A stretch of DNA of 64,000 bases, from assembly GCA_040380025.1 (NCBI GenBank), contig JBEIJY010000004.1:32001-96000 (forward strand). The letters are read 5' to 3'. Each line of letters opens with the position of its first letter. The stretch's first letter is position 1. The notes beneath the pieces are model-generated. The model worked only from the letters and a program-made list of their open reading frames with translations. It made no database searches and had not been told where the DNA came from. Shown in pieces: positions 28,788 through 38,658 of the stretch. The stretch is from Bdellovibrionales bacterium. GTDB taxonomy: Bacteria; Bdellovibrionota; UBA1018; CAIMNF01. The position numbers were made by a program, and so were the translations under genes.

Positions 28788-29927
28788 TCAACCTCCGAAG
28801 ATCGCCTTCAGAGCACGGGGTAGATCCAACACCTCCACCTCGTCCCATCGCTGGGTGCGAGTCCCCAGGAACACCACGAGCGGATGAGTTTTTTTTCCGT
28901 GATACTCAGTGAAGCTCCGCAGTCCCCGCAAATCCCCCGAATCCAGGTTGGCTGAAGCCTTGATTTCGATGGCAAAAACCCGGTCGTCGATTTCGACGAT
29001 CAAATTCACCTCGGCTCCGGCCTCCGTCCGGTATCCCGAAATCCGGATGTCCCGATCCAGAGCATCTGCGGTGGCCCGAATGGACTGAAGCACAAGGTGT
29101 TCGAACAGAGCACCGATCCGATCCGGGGATACGGCGAAATTCGACAAGGCCCCGTTCAGCACTCCCGCATCGAAAAAGAAATACCTCGGATGCTGGATGA
29201 GCCTGCGCTTGGAACTTTTCGCGAACGGACCGATCGGGTGGACGACCAGAGTGTCGCAAAGGATTTCGAAATAGCGTTGGGCCGAAACCCGCTGGATCAT
29301 CGCTTGGGATGCGAATTTCGTGAAGTCCATCCACTCCCCCGACCGTGCGGCGCAGACCTCGAAAAAACGAGAAAACCCCTCGATGTTCCGGGTAAGGGCT
29401 TCGGCCTGGACCTCCTCTTTCAGATAGGTGGCCGCATAACTCCGGAGCATCTTCTCGGTTTCCTTCTGCGAGTCGCCGAGATACGCCCCAGGCAGAAGAC
29501 CGATCTGCAGGGCTTTCCGGACGTCGAACCGGTCACCGATCTCGAGTGGCGACAGAGGCCCCATCGCGAAACTCAAAATCCGGCCGGGAAGAAGATTCGC
29601 TTGCCCTCGCCGAAGCTTTCGCGCACTCGATCCGGTCAGAAAAAACTTGAGGGACCTCTCATGGTCGATCAGGGACTGGACGGTGTTCAAAAGTGAGGGG
29701 ATGCGCTGAATCTCGTCGATGAAAATCGTTTTATGACCTGAAACCTCACGTCGCAGAAGCCCCGGATCCTTCAGGTGGGCGAGGAACACCTCTTGGTCCG
29801 CAAGGTCGATCTCGAGATCCGGCCCGAGGCTTCGGATCAAGGTCGACTTTCCGGTCTGCCGGGCGCCGAGCAGTAAAATGGATTTCCTTGATTCCTTCAA
29901 TTCCGGAGCAATGAGTCTCTGAATCAC
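28788..29927 (-). CDS. AAA_14 ATPase with DUF4143 / PD-(D/E)XK-like C-terminus
   Basis: GARQTGKS, IFIDEIQ, TGSS, YFFDAG, GALFEHLV and AIEIK motifs; GTG start. Confidence 0.9.
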   Translation of the reverse strand: MIQRLIAPELKESRKSILLLGARQTGKSTLIRSLGPDLEIDLADQEVFLAHLKDPGLLRREVSGHKTIFIDEIQRIPSLLNTVQSLIDHERSLKFFLTGSSARKLRRGQANLLPGRILSFAMGPLSPLEIGDRFDVRKALQIGLLPGAYLGDSQKETEKMLRSYAATYLKEEVQAEALTRNIEGFSRFFEVCAARSGEWMDFTKFASQAMIQRVSAQRYFEILCDTLVVHPIGPFAKSSKRRLIQHPRYFFFDAGVLNGALSNFAVSPDRIGALFEHLVLQSIRATADALDRDIRISGYRTEAGAEVNLIVEIDDRVFAIEIKASANLDSGDLRGLRSFTEYHGKKTHPLVVFLGTRTQRWDEVEVLDLPRALKAIFGG

Positions 29928-29931
29928 GATA

Positions 29932-29965
29932 TGTTCATTTTACGACGTAATTTGAACACGATCAA
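29932..29965 (-). promoter_or_regulatory. Promoter with overlapping palindrome for the AAA-DUF4143 gene
   Basis: On the minus strand: TTGATC (29965-29960), 17 nt, TAAAAT (29942-29937). An imperfect palindrome TGTTCATTTTACG-A-CGTAATTTGAACA spans 29932-29958. Confidence 0.6.
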
Positions 29966-30189
29966 ACAAAACCGCTCGATCGCACCGTCTCACCTGCAAT
30001 CCCATTCCCATCCGCCTCCCCGCTTGGTCCCCCTCCCCCCGAGATCGCTCTTTACAGGGTTTCCCGGCCTGTGGTAAGCCTTACCGGACTAAATCATACG
30101 AAACCAAGCCGGGGCCCGGAGTCAGGTGATCCTAAAAACAGGTGATTTTGATTCGCTCCGGAGAAGTACAGTTAAGGAAACCACTCGAC

Positions 30190-30480
30190 ATGCAAATGGG
30201 CAAAGCTCGTAAAACGCAAATCAAAGCCAAAACGGCCAACCTGGTCCAGACCTTCGGAGCCCAAAGCTCGAACTCCGGTTCGACCGAAGTTCAAATCGCC
30301 CTGATCACCGACCGGATCAACTCGCTGAACCCCCACTTTCAAAAACACGCAAAAGACCACTCCTCGCGCCTCGGGCTCCTGAAGCTCGTCGGTCAGCGTC
30401 GTCGTCTTCTGAACTACCTGAAGTCCCGGGACGAAGCCGGTTACAACCAGCTCCTCGCCAAACTCGAACTCAGAAAATAA
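30190..30480 (+). CDS. rpsO: 30S ribosomal protein S15
   Basis: GSTEVQIALIT..I..L..H...KDHSSR.GLLKLVGQRRRLLNYL motif; located upstream of pnp. Confidence 0.97.
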   Translation: MQMGKARKTQIKAKTANLVQTFGAQSSNSGSTEVQIALITDRINSLNPHFQKHAKDHSSRLGLLKLVGQRRRLLNYLKSRDEAGYNQLLAKLELRK

Positions 30481-30487
30481 TTCTTTC

Positions 30488-30560
30488 ACTGCGAAGCATG
30501 CACTTTTCCGGTTCCCGCGGAAGCGGAAAAGTGCGCAAAATGCTTCGCAGTTTTGTTTTT
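30488..30560 (+). terminator. Long rpsO-pnp intergenic hairpin with U-tract (terminator or processing stem)
   Basis: ACTGCGAAGCAT/ATGCTTCGCAGT and GCACTTTTCCG/CGGAAAAGTGC helices, followed by TTTGTTTTT. Confidence 0.75.
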
Positions 30561-30630
30561 AAAACCCGATCGGAAGTCCGGGATGGCTTCCGTGTCTGAC
30601 TTTTCATATCCCAGATAAAGGACATCAATC

Positions 30631-32883
30631 ATGATGAACATCAAAACAGTGAGCACCACCCTCGGTGGCAAGCCGCTGACCCTCGAAACAGGAAGAATGG
30701 CCAAGCAGGCCGACGCTTCGGTGCTCGTTCACTACGGCGACACCCGCGTTCTTGTGACCGCCGTATCGAACAAAGAACCGAAAGCCGGAATCGACTTCAT
30801 GCCTCTGACCGTGGAGTTCGCCGAGCGGTTCTATGCCGCAGGAAAAATCCCCGGAAGCTTCTTGAAGCGCGAAGGACGCCCCTCGTCCGAGTCGACACTG
30901 GCCGCGCGCCTGATCGACCGCCCGATCCGCCCGCTGTTCCCCGAAGGCTACTACTACGAAACCCAGGTGATCGCGACCGTGCTTTCGGTCGATCACGAAG
31001 CCGATGCCGAAATCGCGGCCTCGATCGGAGCGGGAGCCGCTCTTCATATCTCTGACATTCCCTTCAACGGTCCGACCGCGGCAGTCCGCGTGGGCCGCAT
31101 CAATGGCGAGTACATCGTGAATCCGAGCTGGCATCAGCTCCAAGACGAGTGCGAGCTCGAGATCGTGGTCGCCGGAACGAAAAACGCGATCATGATGGTC
31201 GAAGGCGGAGCCCAGGAAGTTCCCGAGGCCGACTGCCTGACTGCGATCCTGAAGGGTCATGACGAAGTGAAGAAGCTTTGCGACCTGATCGAAGAGCTTC
31301 GCAAGGCGGCCGGAAAGCCGAAGCGCGAGTTCTCTCCGCTCGTCACCCCGGCCGAGCTCATGAAGCAGGTCGAGGCGATCGCGAAAGATCCCCTGAACAA
31401 AGCACTTCGCACCAAAGAAAAACAAGTGCGCTACACGCTGGTCCGCGAAGCCAAAAAAGCGACCATCGAGGCACTCGTGCCGGCATCGCTCAAGGAATCC
31501 GACCCGAAGGCCGCAGACGCGAAAGAAAAAGAAGTGAAGCGTCTGGTGGAGCTTCTTCAGTACAACCTGATGCGCGAGATGATCCTGGCCGAAAAAATCC
31601 GGATCGACGGACGCGATACCAAGACCATCCGCCCGATCACGGTCGAAGCGGGAATCCTGCCGCGCGCCCACGGTTCCTCGCTGTTCACCCGCGGTGAAAC
31701 GCAGGTTCTCTCGGTCACGACCCTCGGAACCGCCGATGACGAGCAGATCATCGACAGCATGTACCAGAACTCCATGGGCAAGTTCATGCTCCACTACAAC
31801 TTCCCTCCGTACAGCGTTGGTGAAGCCGGCCGCTTCGGCGGTCAGTCCCGCCGCGAAATCGGCCACGGAGCCCTTGCGGAGCGCTCGATCCAGGCGATCA
31901 TGCCTCCTCACGACAAATTCCCGTACACCGTACGGATCGTGTGCGAGACCCTCGAGTCGAACGGTTCGTCGTCGATGGGTTCGGTATGCTCGGCTTCGAT
32001 GTCCCTCATGGACGCCGGAGTTCCGTTCCCGAAACCCGTTGCGGGAATCGCGATGGGGCTGATCAAGGAAGGCTCGCGCGTTGCGATCCTTTCGGACATC
32101 CTCGGCGATGAAGACCACCTGGGTGACATGGATTTCAAAGTGGCCGGAACCAAAGACGGCATCACCGGAATCCAGATGGACATCAAGATCGAAGGCGTCG
32201 ATGGCGAGATCATGAAGTCTGCTCTTCAGCAGGCGTTCGAAGGCCGTCAGCACATCCTGGGCGAGATGTCGAAAGCGATCTCGACCGCACGCGACGAGCT
32301 GAACAAGAACGCTCCTCGCATCACGACGATCAAGATCCCGGTCGATCAGATCGGCGCCGTGATCGGACCAAGCGGAAAAGTGATCAAGGACATCGTCGCG
32401 AAGAGCGGCGCGAAGGTGAACATCGAAGACGATGGAACCTGCAATGTGGCCTCGAACGACTCCGCTGCGGCTGCAAAAGCGGTCGACATGATCATGAGCA
32501 TCATCGCCGTGGTCGAAGTGGGCAAGACCTACAAGGGCCCCGTCAAGAAGATCACCGACTTCGGTGCCTTCATCGGCGTGCTTCCGCACCAGGACGGATT
32601 GCTTCATATCTCTGAAATCGCCTACGAGCGCATCAACAACGTGAGCGACGTGCTGAAGGAAGGCGACATCATCGAGGTGAAAGTTCTCGATGTCGACAAT
32701 CAGGGCAAGGTGCGCCTCTCGCGCAAGGCGCTTCTGACTCCTCCCGAAGGATACGTTCCCCCTCCTCCGCGCGATCCGCGCAGTGGCGGTGGCGACCGCG
32801 GCGGACGCCCGAATCCGGGTGGACGCCCGATGGGTGGCGGCCGCGATCGGGACCGGAGCGGTCCGAGAGGCCCGCGGAACTAG
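30631..32883 (+). CDS. pnp: Polyribonucleotide nucleotidyltransferase
   Basis: Two RNase PH domains ([20 protein letters not shown]), KH and S1 domains, RG-rich tail. Confidence 0.98.
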   Translation: MMNIKTVSTTLGGKPLTLETGRMAKQADASVLVHYGDTRVLVTAVSNKEPKAGIDFMPLTVEFAERFYAAGKIPGSFLKREGRPSSESTLAARLIDRPIRPLFPEGYYYETQVIATVLSVDHEADAEIAASIGAGAALHISDIPFNGPTAAVRVGRINGEYIVNPSWHQLQDECELEIVVAGTKNAIMMVEGGAQEVPEADCLTAILKGHDEVKKLCDLIEELRKAAGKPKREFSPLVTPAELMKQVEAIAKDPLNKALRTKEKQVRYTLVREAKKATIEALVPASLKESDPKAADAKEKEVKRLVELLQYNLMREMILAEKIRIDGRDTKTIRPITVEAGILPRAHGSSLFTRGETQVLSVTTLGTADDEQIIDSMYQNSMGKFMLHYNFPPYSVGEAGRFGGQSRREIGHGALAERSIQAIMPPHDKFPYTVRIVCETLESNGSSSMGSVCSASMSLMDAGVPFPKPVAGIAMGLIKEGSRVAILSDILGDEDHLGDMDFKVAGTKDGITGIQMDIKIEGVDGEIMKSALQQAFEGRQHILGEMSKAISTARDELNKNAPRITTIKIPVDQIGAVIGPSGKVIKDIVAKSGAKVNIEDDGTCNVASNDSAAAAKAVDMIMSIIAVVEVGKTYKGPVKKITDFGAFIGVLPHQDGLLHISEIAYERINNVSDVLKEGDIIEVKVLDVDNQGKVRLSRKALLTPPEGYVPPPPRDPRSGGGDRGGRPNPGGRPMGGGRDRDRSGPRGPRN

Positions 32884-32937
32884 TTTCTTTCGCTGATCCG
32901 CCAGCGATTCGACGCCGTCAAACGGCAGACACTTTTG

Positions 32938-32973
32938 AAACCCCGGTTCCTGCTAGGAATCGGGGTTTTTTTT
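32938..32973 (+). terminator. Intrinsic terminator after pnp
   Basis: AAACCCCGGTTCCT-GCT-AGGAATCGGGGTTT followed by a T run. Confidence 0.85.
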
Positions 32974-33007
32974 CTGCCCGAAAACAATGCCATGCTACAC
33001 TGAATCC

Positions 33008-33934
33008 ATGGACGATCAGTGGTTCCTCGATCTGGACGGCGTCAGATCGGGTCCCTATCACACAAACGAAGTCCTGAGCTTGATTGCCGAGGGCGAGGTG
33101 CTTCCGCACCACCGCATCGCACGAGGCCTGAAGGATCTCGAATGGATGACCATTCTGGATTGGCGGCTCGATCGCGCCAAGATTCCCCATTCGGCCGCGC
33201 CGGTGGCTCCCGTGAAGGAGTCCGTTCCCGAACCGGAACCGCGCAAGGTCGCCGCGCCAACGGATTCTGTCCGGACCGTTCCTGCGCGCGATCCGATGGC
33301 CGAGATGTTCGACACGCTTCAAACCGCAAAGCAGAAACGCGAAGCACGCCAGCTTCAGCACGCCCAGCAGGCCTCTGCGAATGATTCCTCGGCCGGACAA
33401 GAACGCTCCCCTTCGCCTGCGACCATTGCGATGATTTGCGCCGGACTAGCCGTCGCGGGAGTCGCGATCGGCCAGTGGTTCAAGAACGTCTCGGGACCGA
33501 AAGACACCGAAACGGCGGTGGCATCACCGACCCCTGAAGCCACGCCCGCTCCCTCTGCCGAGCCGGAAACCGAGGTCTTGGAGCATTCCACCGACAAGGT
33601 CACGATTCGAACCGTCGTCGAAAAAAGACCCGAGGCGATCAAGGTTCCGCCTCCGTTCCCGAGACTCGAGAGTGAACGTCCGGCACCGAACGCTCCGACC
33701 CCGGAACCCACTCCCGAACCGACTCCGACTCCCGAAGAGACCCCGCCCGGCGAAGAAAAGAAGGCGGCCGACAAAGAGCTCGAGGAGCTCCGGGACCTGA
33801 AAAAAGAGCTGAAAGAACTGAAGGCCCTGAAGGAGCAACTCCGCGATGGCGTGCAAGAGGATGGCTTCGGCGACGGCTTCGCTCCCCCGCCCAAAGGGCC
33901 CGATCCGGCGCCGGGCAACCCCGGAGGCTACTAG
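33008..33934 (+). CDS. GYF_2 (DUF4339) domain membrane protein with Pro-rich periplasmic part
   Basis: WFLDLDGVRSGPY...W motif, one central TM helix, PEPT repeats and a short coiled coil. Confidence 0.72.
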   Translation: MDDQWFLDLDGVRSGPYHTNEVLSLIAEGEVLPHHRIARGLKDLEWMTILDWRLDRAKIPHSAAPVAPVKESVPEPEPRKVAAPTDSVRTVPARDPMAEMFDTLQTAKQKREARQLQHAQQASANDSSAGQERSPSPATIAMICAGLAVAGVAIGQWFKNVSGPKDTETAVASPTPEATPAPSAEPETEVLEHSTDKVTIRTVVEKRPEAIKVPPPFPRLESERPAPNAPTPEPTPEPTPTPEETPPGEEKKAADKELEELRDLKKELKELKALKEQLRDGVQEDGFGDGFAPPPKGPDPAPGNPGGY

Positions 33935-33977
33935 TTCCTTGACTTGACTTCCCCCCCTTTGAGAAACCTTGAGTGCT

Positions 33978-34574
33978 ATGCTGATCACATTCGAGGGCAC
34001 CGAGGGGTGCGGAAAATCCACCCTGATCCGCCACCTTTCCCGACGGCTGGGTGAGCTCGGAGTTCCCCATGTCGTGACGCGCGAACCCGGCGGGTCGGGC
34101 GTGGCCGAGAACATCCGCTCGATTCTTTTGCACCAGGAGATGAACCCCCTGACCGAGCTGTTGCTGTACGAGGCGGCACGCGCCGAGCATTTTGAGAGCA
34201 CGATCCGGCCCGCCTTGAAGGCCAAAAAATGGGTGCTCTGCGACCGCTTCACCGATTCGACCGTGGCGTATCAGGGGTTTGCCCGCGGACTCGCCCTCCC
34301 GATGATTCAAAAGCTGAATGCCGTCGCGACCGGAAACCGCAAGCCCGACCTGACCTTTTTTTTGGACCTGCCGGTCGAAGAGGGGCTTGCCCGCGCTGAA
34401 GATCCGAATCGCTTCGAAAAAGCCGGCGTGGCCTTCCAGAAGAAAGTCCGAAAAGGATTCCTGCATGCGATCCGGTCGGAGCCCAAGCGATTCCGCGTGC
34501 TGAAGGTCCGCACCAAAACCCCGGAACAGGTCTGCGAATTGGCCCTGAAAGCGCTGAAGCCCCATTTGCCATGA
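33978..34574 (+). CDS. tmk: Thymidylate kinase
   Basis: ITFEGTEGCGKST, TREPGG and CDRFTDSTVAYQG motifs. Confidence 0.96.
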   Translation: MLITFEGTEGCGKSTLIRHLSRRLGELGVPHVVTREPGGSGVAENIRSILLHQEMNPLTELLLYEAARAEHFESTIRPALKAKKWVLCDRFTDSTVAYQGFARGLALPMIQKLNAVATGNRKPDLTFFLDLPVEEGLARAEDPNRFEKAGVAFQKKVRKGFLHAIRSEPKRFRVLKVRTKTPEQVCELALKALKPHLP

Positions 34575-35584
34575 AGATTCCCGATTTTTCTCCCGCATTC
34601 CTGGCGGCCCAGGAGCCGCGCCTCGCCCCCCTGATCGACCGCTACGAAAAAACCGGCTCGCTCCATTCGACCATCCTCTTCACCGGCATCGAAGGGGTCG
34701 GAAAAAAAAGCCTCGCGATGCGGTTTTTGCAGATTCTTTTTTGCGATCGCAGGGAGCCGTCTCCTTGCGGGAAGTGCCGCTCCTGTCAGCGGGCCGAACA
34801 GGGCCAATGGGTGGATCTGTCGTGGTTCGACCCCGAGGCTCCCGAAGAAGGCCACCGCCTGGGCATCCACAAAATCGAAGCGTTCCGCGATCTGAAGACC
34901 AAGCTCGGCCTCGGGCCGGTCGAGGAGCCTTTCAGGGTCGTGGTGATCACCGATGCCGACCGCATGACGCCGGCCGCGGCGAACTCGATTCTGAAGATCC
35001 TCGAAGAACCGCCGAAGAACTGGCTGTTTCTTTTGACCGCATCGGACTCCTCGCGCCTTCTGCCCACGATCCGCTCGCGGTGCATGGAGCTTCGTCTGCC
35101 GCCCCTTCCGGCCCGTACGATCGAGAGCATTCTGAGTGCGAACGGCGGCGCCGAGGCGAATCGAATCCGGATCGCGGCGCGCTCGGCGAACGGAAGCATC
35201 ACGCGGGCCATGACCTTTCTGGGCGATGAGGTGTGGTCGCTCCGCTCGCGGCTCATCGATCTTCTTCAGGACCCCTCGCGCGAGTGGCTCCGGCTCATCG
35301 ATGAGATTGCAAAAACCCAGTTTCACACCCACATCGCGCTCGATCTTCTGGAATCGATTTTGTCGGACCTGTTGCACCACCGGATTCGCGGGAGCGAATA
35401 CGAGTGGACGCATGCCGATCAGAAAGACGCGCTCGTGCGGCTCTCGGAATCGCGCCGTCTGCAGACCCCGCGCCTTTGCCGCGCGATCGAGCTCTTGGCC
35501 GAAAAAAGAAAACTGGTGAACCTCACCCTGAACTCGAAGCTCCTCGCGCAGGAGATTCTGATTCCCGTTCTTGAGGTCGTATGA
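34571..35584 (+). CDS. holB: DNA polymerase III delta' subunit
   Basis: PCGKCRSC zinc motif, AANSILKILEEPP and LLPTIRSRC; follows tmk. Confidence 0.93.
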   Translation: MKIPDFSPAFLAAQEPRLAPLIDRYEKTGSLHSTILFTGIEGVGKKSLAMRFLQILFCDRREPSPCGKCRSCQRAEQGQWVDLSWFDPEAPEEGHRLGIHKIEAFRDLKTKLGLGPVEEPFRVVVITDADRMTPAAANSILKILEEPPKNWLFLLTASDSSRLLPTIRSRCMELRLPPLPARTIESILSANGGAEANRIRIAARSANGSITRAMTFLGDEVWSLRSRLIDLLQDPSREWLRLIDEIAKTQFHTHIALDLLESILSDLLHHRIRGSEYEWTHADQKDALVRLSESRRLQTPRLCRAIELLAEKRKLVNLTLNSKLLAQEILIPVLEVV

Positions 35585-36291
35585 TCCGCGTCGATCAGGT
35601 GTCGCTCAGAATCAAGGACCGCCTGATCCTCGAATCGGTCAGCCTGCAGGTGAACCGCGAAGAGGCTCTGGGCGTGATCGGGCCCTCGGGATCGGGCAAA
35701 AGCGTGCTCCTGAAGATGATCGCCGGATTGCTTCCTCCGACTTCGGGACGGATCGAAATCGACACCGCCAAGGTGAGCATGTTGTTCCAAAAGAACGCGC
35801 TCTTCGACTCGATGACTCTCCTTGATAATTTGCTCGTGCCGCTTGCCGAGACGGCGGGAGTGAGCGGACCGCGCGCCCGCGATCGCGCCATCGAGATGCT
35901 CGCGGCCGTCGGGCTCGAGCATGCGGCGCTCCTGCACCCGGATGAGATCTCGGGCGGGATGCAAAAACGGCTCGGCATCGCGCGCGCGCTCATCATCGAG
36001 CCCGAAGTCATTCTGTACGACGAACCCACGGCGGGGCTCGACCCCATCACCTCGAGCGCGATCGCCGAGCTCATGCTGAAGCTCCATCGCGCGAACCGCA
36101 CCACGCTCGTGATGGTCACGAACGACCTGCAACGCGCGTATCAGGTCTCGGACCGGATCGCGTTTTGTCATCAGCAACGTGTGGTGCCGCACGGCACTCC
36201 GGCCGAGGTCAAGACCACGAGCGATCCGCTGCTCCGGCACTTCATTTATTCGAGCGCCATCGGCCACACGCGCGGAGGAGACACCCCGTGA
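35581..36291 (+). CDS. mlaF: MlaF/Mkl-like ABC ATPase 1 (H-switch replaced by Asn)
   Basis: [35 protein letters not shown] and VTND motifs. Confidence 0.85.
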   Translation: MIRVDQVSLRIKDRLILESVSLQVNREEALGVIGPSGSGKSVLLKMIAGLLPPTSGRIEIDTAKVSMLFQKNALFDSMTLLDNLLVPLAETAGVSGPRARDRAIEMLAAVGLEHAALLHPDEISGGMQKRLGIARALIIEPEVILYDEPTAGLDPITSSAIAELMLKLHRANRTTLVMVTNDLQRAYQVSDRIAFCHQQRVVPHGTPAEVKTTSDPLLRHFIYSSAIGHTRGGDTP

Positions 36292-37082
36292 GCATTCGCT
36301 TTTTGGAGGTGCACAAATCATTCGGCGAGCGGAAGGTCCTCGACGGCGTTTCGTTCGAGGCAAAAAAAGGCGAGATTTTGTTCATCCTGGGAAAAAGCGG
36401 CATGGGCAAATCGGTGACCCTGAAGCACATCATCGGGGTGCTGAAGCCCGACTCGGGCGATATTTTTGTCGATCAGTTCGAGGTGAGCGCGCTCGTTTCG
36501 GCGGGGGCGCGGGAGCTCCTGCAACAGGTTCGGCAAAGATGCGGAATGGTGTTCCAGCACCCGGCCCTCCTCGACTCGCTCACGAACTTCGAGAACATCG
36601 CCTTCGGGCTCAAGACCCCGCAATACCGCGAGAAACTCGGGCGCACGCCCGGTGATGCCGAGATCAGCGCGATCGTGCACGAGAAGATCGGACTGGTGCA
36701 TCTGACCCCGGACATTTTGGACCTGTACCCGGGCGAGGTCTCGTATGGCGTGCAAAAGCGCGTCTCGATGGCCCGTACGCTTGCGCCCGGCCCCGATTAC
36801 CTGCTGTTTGACGAGCCCACGACGGGCTTGGACCCGTTGAGCACGGCGTCGATCAATGAGCTGATTTTCGAGCTCTCGCGCACGCTCAAGGTGACGAGCA
36901 TCATCGTCTCGCACGACATGGCCTGTGCGCTTGCGATCGCGGACCGGATTTTATTCTTGGATCAGGGCAAGGTGCTCCTTCATGCCGCCCCCCGCGAGAT
37001 CGTGAAGAGCGAGATTCCGCTCGTACGGGAGTTCTTTCGCGAAACGCTTTCGCTCCTCCCCCCGGACTGGAGATTCGAATGA
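36288..37082 (+). CDS. mlaF: MlaF/Mkl-like ABC ATPase 2 (degenerate signature)
   Basis: GTG start with GGAGGAG RBS; GKSGMGKS, VSYGVQKR, FDEPTTGLDP and VSHD motifs. Confidence 0.85.
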   Translation: MSIRFLEVHKSFGERKVLDGVSFEAKKGEILFILGKSGMGKSVTLKHIIGVLKPDSGDIFVDQFEVSALVSAGARELLQQVRQRCGMVFQHPALLDSLTNFENIAFGLKTPQYREKLGRTPGDAEISAIVHEKIGLVHLTPDILDLYPGEVSYGVQKRVSMARTLAPGPDYLLFDEPTTGLDPLSTASINELIFELSRTLKVTSIIVSHDMACALAIADRILFLDQGKVLLHAAPREIVKSEIPLVREFFRETLSLLPPDWRFE

Positions 37083-37870
37083 CGGCGGTGTTGCATGAGT
37101 TCGGAGGATTGTGCCTGTTTTTGGCCGAAATCGCGCGGACCTTCCGGAAGACCTCGGGCTACCGCGAGGCGGTCATCGCCCAAGTGGCGCTCGTCTCGAT
37201 GCGCACGATGAGCACGGTGATCTTCGCAGGTGCGTTCGTGGGCGCGATTCTGGTCCTGCAATTCGATGCGATGCTGAAGCGCTTTGATGCGCAGATTTTG
37301 CTCGGGGGCCTGAACACCTCGGCCACGATCCGCGAGGTCGGTCCGCTCATCATTTCATTCCTGCTTGCCGGAAAGGTCGGGGCCTACACCACGGCCGAGC
37401 TTGCGAGCATGAGGGTCACCGAGCAGATCGATGCGATCGAGAGCCTCGGCACGGATCCGATCCGGTACCTGATTCTGCCGCGCTTCATCGGAATTGTTTT
37501 GTCGTCGGTGATTTTGCTCGGAATCGGGCTGTTCGTGTCGGTCGCGGGAGCGGTCCTCGTGGCCGAGACGATGCGGGGCATGAACCTGCAAAGCTATATC
37601 TCGTCGATTCCGCGCTTTGCCGGGGCCTGGACGCTGTTCGAGGGGCTCTTCCGGTCGACGCTTTTTAGCACGATCGTGGCCGCGGTTTCGACCTACAAAG
37701 GATACACCGCAAGCGGCGGCGCACGGGGCGTGGGCCGGGCCGTGACCGAGTCGGCGATTTATACGAACGTGTACATCGTGCTCGCGAACTTCGCCTCGAC
37801 TCCGGTTCTGGAGTGGCTCCATGAGTTCGCCGAGCGGATGGGCGCCCTTTTGGAGGGAACCGGAACATGA
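37079..37870 (+). CDS. mlaE: MlaE-family permease 1
   Basis: REVGP, AELASMRVTEQIDAIE and GARGVGRA motifs. Confidence 0.9.
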   Translation: MTAVLHEFGGLCLFLAEIARTFRKTSGYREAVIAQVALVSMRTMSTVIFAGAFVGAILVLQFDAMLKRFDAQILLGGLNTSATIREVGPLIISFLLAGKVGAYTTAELASMRVTEQIDAIESLGTDPIRYLILPRFIGIVLSSVILLGIGLFVSVAGAVLVAETMRGMNLQSYISSIPRFAGAWTLFEGLFRSTLFSTIVAAVSTYKGYTASGGARGVGRAVTESAIYTNVYIVLANFASTPVLEWLHEFAERMGALLEGTGT

Positions 37871-38634
37871 CGGCGACGGGTGCGTTCTCGAATCATCTGC
37901 GGACCCTGCTGCTTTCGGGCGATCTGCTGCAAAAGCTCTTCCGGCAGGTCTCGTCCGGTCCCCGCCGCGGGTCCGAGACCCGCGATGCGATTCGCTCGAT
38001 CGGACTCGGGAGCCTTCCGATCATCTCGATTGCGACGGGATTCACGGGGCTTGTGATGACCTCCGAGATCGCGTGGCACATGGATTCGGCGCTCTCGAAT
38101 GTCTCGATGATTCCGGGATTCACCGGGCAGTTCGTGCTCCGCGAGCTCGGGATCGCAGTGCCTGCGTTTTTGCTGGTATCGAAGGTGGGAGCATCGATGA
38201 CCGCCGAGCTCGCCTCGATGCGGATCACCGAACAGCTTGATGCGTTCCGGCTTCTGCGGATCGATGTGGTTTCGTACCATGTTTTTCCCCGCTGGATTGC
38301 GTGCATCCTTTCGACCATTGCGCTCACGATGATCTCGATTGCGATCACGCTTGCCGTGGCGATGGCGACCGCGGTGACCCGGTATCACTTCAACTCGCAG
38401 GAATACCTGAATACCCTCTCGCAGTTCATCACCGTGACCGATGTGGTCTGCGCGATCACCAAGGCCGCGGTGTTCGGGATGCTGATTCCGCCGATTTCGT
38501 GCGCCTATGGGCTGCGGTGCGAGGGCGGGGCGCAGGGGGTCGGACAGGCCACGACCGACGCCGTGGTCACAGCGACTCTTGCGGTGATTACGGTGGATTT
38601 TGTGCTCACGGCAATTTTTAGTGCGCTCTTTTGA
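37867..38634 (+). CDS. mlaE: MlaE-family permease 2
   Basis: RELG, AELASMRITEQLDAF and GAQGVGQAT motifs. Confidence 0.9.
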   Translation: MTATGAFSNHLRTLLLSGDLLQKLFRQVSSGPRRGSETRDAIRSIGLGSLPIISIATGFTGLVMTSEIAWHMDSALSNVSMIPGFTGQFVLRELGIAVPAFLLVSKVGASMTAELASMRITEQLDAFRLLRIDVVSYHVFPRWIACILSTIALTMISIAITLAVAMATAVTRYHFNSQEYLNTLSQFITVTDVVCAITKAAVFGMLIPPISCAYGLRCEGGAQGVGQATTDAVVTATLAVITVDFVLTAIFSALF

Positions 38635-38658
38635 AGAGTTCGGTAGCATCAGCCCTGA

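Noticed and set aside
30085..30189. Possible S15 autoregulatory leader
   Set aside because: The position is appropriate, but I could not identify a convincing structure by eye.
30625..32607. 660-aa - strand ORF
   Set aside because: Antisense shadow of pnp.
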